Of a stretch of 64,000 nucleotides of DNA, positions 36,963 through 45,370 are shown in pieces. The stretch's first letter is position 1. Every line of letters begins with the position of its first letter. Under the pieces are notes generated by a model that did not search any database, was not told the origin of the DNA, and worked only from the letters and a program-made list of their open reading frames with translations. This DNA is from Fistulifera solaris (Eukaryota). Position numbers and translations under genes: made by a program. Where the stretch lies: positions 930,001 through 994,000 of the forward strand of contig AP026127.1 in assembly GCA_030295235.1 (NCBI GenBank), given 5' to 3'.

Positions 36963-37580
36963 TGGCATGAAGGTTTTGCAAATGCTAAGCAAGCGTCGAA
37001 AAAGATCTTCGTACCCTATACAGAATTTGAAAGCAGGGAAGGAATTGCAAGGGGTGAAGGTCGAGTCAGTCGTCAAAATTTTCAGAAAAGATCGACCTGA
37101 GAACGTTGCTCTCCTACGGCACAATGATCAATGGCGAAATGACGAAATGTTGCATTCGATGTACCTTATCAGATCATCGTGACAATGAAAAGGTTCCGCT
37201 CGAGTGATGTTTCCGCCTACATCACTTGCATTCAGAACTCGAATATGCTTAGAAAATAAGCCCGCGTACCCTATCGTGATGATCGTATACAAAGGGCTGA
37301 AACTAAAGCAGAAGCGTGGTTAGTTTCTTTGGCTAAACCTTACTGCCTAGACACGACAGTAGTGGCAAGGGTAGTGGAAACGTAGTTCGAAGCCTCTACG
37401 ACATTGTGCCAAAAGAGACTACTCTATACGATACACTTTTAATACCGCATTGTGGCTTGCCGGCACCCGGACACGGCACTCGTCGGTCATTATTTTCTTT
37501 TCGACCGCCAACTGTGAAAAAATGAAACGCGACCAACACAACGACGCAATGCAAGCATACAAAGCATTCATTCTTAATTA

Positions 37581-38761
37581 ATGTTCTCCGCTCATATGAA
37601 CAAGATGGCAACCATGAGCAGTGTTTCTATTGATCCTGTGAAGGACTTGGTCGATTGTTTAGTAAAACAAATGTCGGAAAGAGAGCCTTTCTATGAAGGG
37701 AAAGATCCGCACTTGCAAGAAAAGCCGTGGTGCGCAACGTGCAACCGTCGACCAAAGTCGGGTCTTTTGTGCTGCTCACGCTGTCATGCGGCTTGGTATT
37801 GTAATAGCATTTGTCAGAAAGCTCATTACAAGCTTTGAAACGCGTGAAAGAATCGGCGGCCCCTCTTCGCAACACTCCTTTCGGAGACGACTCAAGACGA
37901 CAGAACATTTTCGAAACGCAGATTGGATTGTTTCGCGACGATCATATAACTCATCGTTACATGGTGGCGCGTCGTCAGTTAGTAGAGTCGTACTTTCATG
38001 CAGCATCGGCAGTTGATGTCAAGGAGGTTTGGGAGAAGGCACTCTATCACGCATTGGTGCAGTTGAGGGAAGCTATTACCGATCCACGTGGCATGATATA
38101 TGTGACACCTTTCATTCTTTTGAATTTGAACCGAGACGATGAAGCGTACGATTTGGTTCGCTACTGGGTGAGTGTCTATTGTGTCTGGACAACAAGACCC
38201 ATGACCGAGATAATGAGCCGTCACGTCGAGAGTAAAGAGGGTGAGTTCTTCTATCCACGTACAAAGAACGGTCGCTATCAAGACCTTTTCGAAGAATACC
38301 CCGCTGCGGTTGATGAACAAGATATGCTTATGGTTTTTCTGGTCACGCTTCTCATTATCAAACTTCGCATCGTGGCTGCGTATGATGCCGCTTGCGCGTC
38401 TCTCGATTTAGTGTTTCATGAAACAACAGGCGGCCGGCTCATCCAAGAGGTCCGATGCACTGTAGCTGATATGATCATTGATGAACGCTTGGTGAACATC
38501 GATAGTCAGCGGCGACAAATTGATCAACTGGTCGAAATAATTGATCGTCGCAATCCCACGACGCTCCCAGCAATTCTCAACCCTCTTCCGCTCATTAGTC
38601 AACGCCAACCGGCTACCGATGTCCGAGGCGAGCCTTCCGAGGCGTACGAAATTGTCACTTACAGCTATCGCTGCTTTGCTCGTATACCGGGAGCTCGGAA
38701 AATGCTTGAGGATCGCTATGGGCCGAATCCAACTTACAATGCAACGATGCATTATGATTGA
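37581..38761 (+). pseudogene. MYND paralog 3 with a frameshifting deletion of about 37 bp at the end of the zinc finger
   Basis: HYK is followed directly by CT-TTGAAACGC near 37833, where paralog 2 has 13 further codons including the last His/Cys ligands. This is not a homopolymer error. Confidence 0.65.
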
Positions 38762-38839
38762 TTCGAATTAGAACTTTCGATTCATTAATACATAGCTTGA
38801 ATATTTGACCTGCATATAAAATCGATGTAATTGGGGCTG

Positions 38840-39505
38840 TTGCGAGAGGATGCTAGGGACTCACGTGGAATGATATATATCACGCCTTTCATTCTTTTGT
38901 ATTTGAACCGAGACGACGACGCTTTTGACTTTGTTCGCCATTTTGTGAGCGTATTCTACATATGAGACGACGAAAGCGCAAGAGAGTTAATGCGTCGTCA
39001 CCTTGAGAGTAAAGACGGCGATTTCTACTATCCACGCAAAAGAACAGCCGCTTCTTGGACATCCCTGTTGGTTCTTTTGGTCGCTGTCCTCATTATCAAG
39101 CTGCGCCTTGTCGCAGCTTATGACGTCACTCGTAAGTCTATTGATGCGGCTTTTGAGGAAACAACTGGCGGTCAGTTCATCCATGAGGTCAAACCGGCTG
39201 TAACTGAAATACATCTATATGAGAATGTGGTGAACATTGATAGTCAGCGAAAACAAATCGAACGGCTTCTCAATGCTATTGATAACAACATCCCTTCCAT
39301 GCTTCCAGCGATCCTCAATCCGCTTCCACTCTTAAGGCAATTTCGACCGTGTCCCGATATTCGTGGCGATCCTTCCGAGGCGTATGATATTGTCAACTTT
39401 TGCAATCGTTGTATCCTTCGCATACCAGGGGCTCGAAAACTGCTGGAGAAACGCTACGGACCCAATCCGAGCTATAACACTGAAATGCGATACGATTCTG
39501 ATTAA
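38840..39505 (+). pseudogene. MYND paralog 4, 5'-truncated remnant
   Basis: Begins mid-gene (..RGMIYITPFILLYLNRDDDAFDF), has an in-frame TGA near 38963 and an internal deletion after YYPRK relative to paralogs 2 and 3. Confidence 0.8.
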
Positions 39506-39584
39506 TTATATCAAATAGTTAAAGCTTAGCTTGATTCTCTTGAAGTAAAAGTACGAAATAAGTGCAGGTAGTCAAACGGCCGTA

Positions 39585-40295
39585 ATGAAAGAAATTGCGC
39601 GTTCCAGAAATTTTGGAAACTGTTGTGTTTTGATCACTCCGAAAGAAAGTGCGTGTTCCAGAATTTCTGGATTCTGGATACGATGTTTCTGGACATACAG
39701 AAATTCTGTGGTGCTCCAGAAATTTTGGACCAGTTTTTCGATCCCTCCGAAAGGCTGTGCACGTTCCAGAATTACTGGACACGTTGTTTTAATCATAACG
39801 AAAGAAAGTGCGCGTTCCAGAAACTCCGGAAACTGTGATTTTGATCATAACGAAAGAAAGTGCACGTTCCAGATATTCTGGATAGGGGAGTACGATATTT
39901 CGTGTCATACAGAAATTCTGTGGTGGTCCAGAAATTCTGGACCTGTATTTTTCGATCCTATCGGAATGATGTACCCGTTCCAAAAATTCTGGACACAGAG
40001 TTTTGGATCATAACGAAAGAAAAAGCGCGTTCTAGAAATTTTGAAAACTGTGTTTTGATCAAAGAAAGTGCGTGTTCCAGAAATTCTGGATAAGATATTT
40101 CTGATCATACAGAAATTCTGTGGTGGTCCAGAAATTCTGGACCAGTTTTTTCGATCCCTCCGAAATGCTGTGCCCGTTTCAGAAACTCTGGAAATGTTGC
40201 CCTTGATCAAAACGAAAGAAAGTGCGCGTTCCAGAAACTCCGGAAACTGTGTTTTGATCATAACGAAAGAAAGTGCATGTTCCAGAAATTCTGGG
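39585..40295. repeat. Minisatellite of roughly 50-bp units built on the palindrome TCCAGAAATTCTGGA, with a higher-order period of about 200-213 bp
   Basis: About 17 variant cores. The recurrent block CATACAGAAATTCTGTGGTG appears near 39693, 39906 and 40106, and GAAAGAAAGTGC recurs between cores. Confidence 0.85.
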
Positions 40296-40826
40296 TACGA
40301 TATTAAGGACTGAATTTCAGTCGCGGCGAAAAGGTAATCTACACTTGTGCCTACAGTGAATTCGACAGCTAAATTTGTGCAACAAATATTGACATGAAGC
40401 ATCAAGCTGTTCATTGAAAAAACTGCCAGAGGTAACGGCATCATAGTTGTTTTAATTGCAATCTATAAAACGCAGATCGAATGAAAATCGAGTAGCAGAC
40501 TGGCTCGCAAAAGTTATGCCTTATGGCTCATGACTGAAATGCAGTCGCGAAAGCCTTCGTAAACCAACACTTTGCGCTACAGTGGACGGACCACGAAAGA
40601 CGACGATGATGCGTGTCTCGCATGTGTCTCGCCTCATCGCAGCTTTGACTTTTTGATCTTGTGCATCACAAAACATTTGGCTTATTCAGACCCGTGCATT
40701 CCATACTATTCAACGTAAAGATTAACTGAGGCCTTGAATAACTGTTGCCTGCTTCTATTGTGCCTACTACCTCGTGAGAAGATTTTCCGTCAAACGACAA
40801 TTAATCATCTGGAGAACGAAATTATC

Positions 40827-41732
40827 ATGCGCGTCCGTCTTGCTCTCGATTGGGCACCCAACGCCAACCACAGTGGCATTTATGCCGCCGTGAAACACGG
40901 ATGGTACCAAGAAGCGGATGTAGATCTCGATATTCAACACCACGACTTTGCCGAAAGTCCGGCGACCAAGTTGGAATTGGACAAGGCGGACGTGGCGCTG
41001 TGCTCCTTGGATTGTTTGCTGAACTATCGTTCGCGAGCGGAACCGCTTCCGGTCAAAGCCATTGCCGCCGTCTTGCAAGACGACTTGGCCAGTATCGCCG
41101 TACTCGAAAGCAGCGGAATCGAACGTCCGGCTCAGTTGGACGGCAAGACCCACGCCTCGTATCGAGCCTGCAACAAGGACGCCACAATCGAGTGTCTCGT
41201 CCGCAATGACGGCGGAAAGGGCGAATTGAACTTTGCTTATCCCGATCAGGTTACCATTTGGAACACTCTTGTCAAGAACAAGGCGGATTCCATCTGGATT
41301 TTCATGAACTGGCAGGGTGTACAAGCGGAACTGGCCGGCGTGGCTTTGCGTCATTTCAAAATGGGCGATTACGGCATCCCCTTTGGTTACTCTCCCATCA
41401 TGATTGCCAACGAAAACCTCAGTACGGATCAGTCTGCTGCTTTGAAGGCTTTTCTCGCCGCGACAGCCAAGGGCTATGCCTGGGCGGCTGCCCATCCGGT
41501 AGAAATGACGGGCATTCTTTTGGAGTGGGCCGCGGAAGACGACAAGAATAAGCCCTTCCTTCAGGCGGCACAAGCTGCGACGAGTCCTCATTACATTTCC
41601 ACCAAGACTGGATCTTGGGGTCACATGGAATCGGAGAAAGTCGAAGCCTATTTGAAATGGCGTGTGGAGTTGGGTCTCGATCCGGAACCGTTTGCTGTCG
41701 ATAAGCTCGTCACCAACGATCTTCTTGGATAA
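40827..41732 (+). CDS. NMT1/THI5-like (ThiY/SsuA fold) protein, copy 1
   Basis: LALDWAPNANH, GWYQEA, SGIERPAQLDGK, ADSIWIFMNWQG, YGIPFGYSP and FLAATAKGY. 301 aa, intronless, no signal peptide. Confidence 0.9.
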   Translation: MRVRLALDWAPNANHSGIYAAVKHGWYQEADVDLDIQHHDFAESPATKLELDKADVALCSLDCLLNYRSRAEPLPVKAIAAVLQDDLASIAVLESSGIERPAQLDGKTHASYRACNKDATIECLVRNDGGKGELNFAYPDQVTIWNTLVKNKADSIWIFMNWQGVQAELAGVALRHFKMGDYGIPFGYSPIMIANENLSTDQSAALKAFLAATAKGYAWAAAHPVEMTGILLEWAAEDDKNKPFLQAAQAATSPHYISTKTGSWGHMESEKVEAYLKWRVELGLDPEPFAVDKLVTNDLLG

Positions 41733-41775
41733 CAAGGTCATTGTAAACTACTTCTCGTGACACGGTAATATGAAG

Positions 41776-41914
41776 TTGCACTCTCGCTGCGGGAGCTTGA
41801 TGTGGGAAATGATATGCTGAGAGTTTTAAAGTCCGTAGTATTTGGGTGGACTTTGTATCGACCGTTCGAACCTGCTCATGGTAATGCATGCGAAAGGGAA
41901 TGTGGGATGTGCAA
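41776..41914 (+). promoter_or_regulatory. TPP-riboswitch-like aptamer in 3' UTR, copy 1
   Basis: P1 TTGCAC/GTGCAA, P2 GCGG/CCGT, J3/2 GCTGAGA, P3a AAAGTCC/GGACTTT, P4 CCT/AGG, P5 CATG-GTAATG-CATG, then CG..AGGGAA. Confidence 0.85.
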
Positions 41915-42339
41915 TGGAAGATTATCAACTAAATGTTGCTGTGGAGAAGTAGGTTAACAACATAGTAGTGAATGAATGATCTAGCAATTACGGAGTAGCC
42001 AAACAATAGTGACTAGTGATTAACTCATCTGAGACCCGTGTTTTTCGTCCGGTGTGTGCGATGACATCACCGGCGGCACGCGCGATCTTTCATAAGATCT
42101 TTTCTTTATTTTCGTCCTCTCATTTTCGTTTGGAACCTATTTTACGTTTCTACTCTTGCCATTTGGCCTGATCTGAATGTATGGCGCGGGTCTGCAACGT
42201 TCATAAGGTTTCTTCAAGTTGAGGTCTCGATCTGAGAAAAGTCCTGACCGAACGACAGAAACAAGAAACAATCTACATTGTCGCGACAGAAAAGATCTCG
42301 TCGGCACATTTCTGTTCATTCGATCATTCGACGATCATT

Positions 42340-43245
42340 ATGGAACGTCTCCGCTTCACTCTCGACTTCACCCCCAACGCCAATCACAGCGGTGTGTTTG
42401 CTGCGATCCATCACGGATGGTACAAGGAAGCTGGCATTGATCTGGAGCTTCAGCATCGTGACTTTCAGCACAGTGGTATCGCCAAGCTGGAGTTGGGGAT
42501 TGCCGATGTGGCGTTCACGGCAATGCTCGTTCTAGGAAGCTATCAAAAGCAGGATTCGTTTCCGATCAAAGCCATTGCTACGGCGATGCAGAACGACTTG
42601 AGCACGATTGCCGTGCTCGCCAAGAGCGGCATTGAGCGTCCCGCTCATCTCGACGGCCGATCGTACGCATCCTGTCAAGCGGGCTTCAAGAACCCCACGG
42701 TTGCCGCTCTGATCCGTAGTGACGGCGGACAAGGTGATTTGACTTTCACTTATCCCGAGAAGATTAGTAGTTGGGAGGCGCTGGCCGAGAATGAAGCCGA
42801 TTCGGTCTGGATTTATCGCAACTGGCAAGGCGTGCAGGCCGAGTTGGCGGGTGTGGATCTGCGTCACTTCACCTTGGGCGATTACGGTGCACCCTATTGC
42901 TACTCTCTCGTCATGGTCGCCAACACGGACTACATTGCTAAGAAAGCGTCGACGTTGCGTGCTTTCTTGGCGGCAACCGCCAAAGGCTATGCTTGGGCCG
43001 CGGAAAATCCGGACAAGATGGCGGAAATCCTTTACGATTGGGTCGCGGATGCGGATAAGCATTTGACGTTTCTCAAGGCAGCGCAAGCTGCCACCAGTCC
43101 CCACTACATCTCTTCCAAGACTGGATCCTGGGGACACATGGAAGTCGAGAAAGTGTATGCTTATTTGAAGTGGCGCAAGGAACAAGGTTTGGAAACGACT
43201 ACCGTGGAGGCCGACGCGCTCGTCACCAATGAACTCCTTGGATAG
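42340..43245 (+). CDS. NMT1/THI5-like protein, copy 2
   Basis: 301 aa, colinear with copy 1 (LDFTPNANH, SGIERPAHLDG, WIYRNWQG). Confidence 0.9.
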   Translation: MERLRFTLDFTPNANHSGVFAAIHHGWYKEAGIDLELQHRDFQHSGIAKLELGIADVAFTAMLVLGSYQKQDSFPIKAIATAMQNDLSTIAVLAKSGIERPAHLDGRSYASCQAGFKNPTVAALIRSDGGQGDLTFTYPEKISSWEALAENEADSVWIYRNWQGVQAELAGVDLRHFTLGDYGAPYCYSLVMVANTDYIAKKASTLRAFLAATAKGYAWAAENPDKMAEILYDWVADADKHLTFLKAAQAATSPHYISSKTGSWGHMEVEKVYAYLKWRKEQGLETTTVEADALVTNELLG

Positions 43246-43288
43246 ACTAGTGGTATGAAAATACTTCTCGTGACACGATAATACGATG

Positions 43289-43427
43289 TTGCACTCTCGC
43301 TGCGGGAGCTTGATGTGGGAAATAATATGCTGAGAGTTTCAAAGTCTATGGTTCTTGAAAAGACTTTGTATCGACCGTTCGAACCTGCTCATGGTAATGC
43401 ATGCGAAAGGGAACGTGAGTTGTGCAA
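43289..43427 (+). promoter_or_regulatory. TPP-riboswitch-like aptamer in 3' UTR, copy 2
   Basis: Same 139-nt architecture. P3a shows a compensatory change (AAAGTCT/AGACTTT) around a fully different loop. Confidence 0.85.
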
Positions 43428-43960
43428 TGGAAGATTATCACTTTAGTGTTGCTGTGGAGAAGTAGATTAACAACATAGTAGTGAATAGTTTATTAATTGA
43501 AAAGAAACAGCCTCCCTCTAGCTTGTCCTAAAGCGTTCGGAGGCAGCGTGAATGAATGATGAGACGAGTCGTATGTCGTACGTCAGTTGTCCGCGCGGAT
43601 CGGATCTTTTTTGGATCTTTCGTCACATTTCGCACTCGTGCATTAGTTCTGCAAAATACCTTCCAATAAATCTCTGTCCTGCTCAGTCCTCATTATTTTT
43701 GTCAACCCCTTTCACCTTTCACGTCATTCAATTTGAATCTTAATACACTATTCAATCATAACAGATGAAGCGTTGAACTGGCTTAACACCATCCACCCAT
43801 TAGGCCGAAATCCAAAATGGCATCCGATCTTCAAAGATACGCATGAGAAAGTCTTGACGCGGGTCTGACGGAAATCAATGGTGGAGATTATGCACGACGG
43901 CTTTTCACTTCATCCTCGATGTGGTGACGGTGTTGAAGACCCACTTTACAAACAGCCAAC

Positions 43961-44869
43961 ATGGAACGCATTCGTCTTGCTCTAGACTGGAAACCCAACG
44001 TCAATCACAGCGGAATTCTCGCTGCGATTCACCATGGATGGTACAAAGAAGCCGGCATTGAGCTCGAACTCATCGATCGCGAGTTGACGCAAAGTGCCCC
44101 GCAAAAAGTCGAGGCGGGCCTCGCAGATGTCGGACTGACCTGCATTGTCACGTTGGCGAGCTACCGCGAGGAAAAGGATTCGCAGCCTCTCAAAGCCATC
44201 GCGTCGCTCATGCAAGAAGATTTGAGTTCCATGGCGGTGCTCGAAAGCAGTGGCATTGAGCGTCCGGCGCAGCTCGATGGGAAGCGCTTTGCGGCTTGCT
44301 CGGTGGGGGGACGGAACCCGACTATCACCTGTCTCATTCAAAACGACGGAGGAAAGGGTGACATCACCTACATTCAATCCGATCGTGTCAATCTGTATGA
44401 GACGGTGGCAGAGAACAAAGCCGATGCTATTTGGCTCTTTAAGAACTGGCAGGGCGCTCAAGCGGAAGCAGCCGGAATCAAGTTGCGTCACTTTACGTTG
44501 GGTGACTATGGAGTGCCTTATTGCTATCCCATTACCATGTTTACCAGCCCCACGTTCCTCGCCGAACATTCCAAGACTTTGCGCACATTTCTAGCGACAA
44601 CCGCCAAGGGTTATGCCTGGGCGGTTGCCAATCCGGAGAAGATGGTGGACATTCTCCTGGAGCAGGTGCGTGACGAACACAAAGATAAGAAATTCTTGGA
44701 AATTGCCTTTGCTGCGACTCGTCCGTACTTTATTTCGTCCAAGACGGGTTCTTGGGGGCACATGGAGCCCGAGAAAGTCAACGCTTACTTGAAGTGGCGT
44801 GCGGAGCAGGGGCTATCCAACGGACCCCTTGCAGTTGACGACTTTGTCACCAACGATCTTCTTGGATAG
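43961..44869 (+). CDS. NMT1/THI5-like protein, copy 3
   Basis: 302 aa (LALDWKPNVNH, SGIERPAQLDGK, WLFKNWQG). Confidence 0.9.
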   Translation: MERIRLALDWKPNVNHSGILAAIHHGWYKEAGIELELIDRELTQSAPQKVEAGLADVGLTCIVTLASYREEKDSQPLKAIASLMQEDLSSMAVLESSGIERPAQLDGKRFAACSVGGRNPTITCLIQNDGGKGDITYIQSDRVNLYETVAENKADAIWLFKNWQGAQAEAAGIKLRHFTLGDYGVPYCYPITMFTSPTFLAEHSKTLRTFLATTAKGYAWAVANPEKMVDILLEQVRDEHKDKKFLEIAFAATRPYFISSKTGSWGHMEPEKVNAYLKWRAEQGLSNGPLAVDDFVTNDLLG

Positions 44870-44912
44870 ACTAGTGATATGAAAATGCTTCTCGTGACAT
44901 GATAATATGATG

Positions 44913-45051
44913 TTGCACTCTCGCTGCGGGAGCTTGATGTGGGAAATGATATGCTGAGAGTTTTAAAGTCCGTAGTATTTGGGTGGACTTTGTATCGACC
45001 GTTCGAACCTGCTCATGGTAATGCATGCGAAAGGGAATGTGGGATGTGCAA
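44913..45051 (+). promoter_or_regulatory. TPP-riboswitch-like aptamer in 3' UTR, copy 3
   Basis: Identical by eye to the copy 1 aptamer. Confidence 0.85.
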
Positions 45052-45370
45052 TGGAAGATTATCAACTAAATGTTGCTGTGGAGAAGTAGGTTAACAACAT
45101 AGTAGTGAAGGAATTATGGTTTGAAACAGCAAGAGACGTTTATCGATACGATACGAAGAAATTTCGTACGATGAACATTTGAAAGATCGTAACAAATGAG
45201 GTTTGAGCAAGTTAATTACCCTGGCAGCTCTTTAGCCGTACAAGCGTTAGACATCATGTCGTATTAAATAGTATCTAGATGTGATGATTATTTGTAAAAT
45301 CTTACTGAAAATCCCATGATAGCCAAAAGTTGGCGAGAGAACGTTGATTTGTTGTTTCTGGGAAGAAAAC

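Noticed and set aside
39585..40295. CRISPR array
   Set aside because: The 'spacers' are homologous to each other, the repeats are degenerate, there are no cas genes, and the context is eukaryotic.
39519..40444. ORFs within the palindrome array, and those at 34662-34928
   Set aside because: They are translations of repeats, open in several frames on both strands.
40767..44569. Long antisense ORFs over the THI5-like genes (324, 217 and 195 aa)
   Set aside because: They are in-register shadows of strongly codon-biased sense genes and carry no motifs.
41710..45065. Duplicated small minus-strand ORFs MIIFHCTSHIPF..
   Set aside because: They are the antisense reading of the conserved aptamer UTR. 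The conservation fits RNA structure (compensatory change in P3a) rather than protein.
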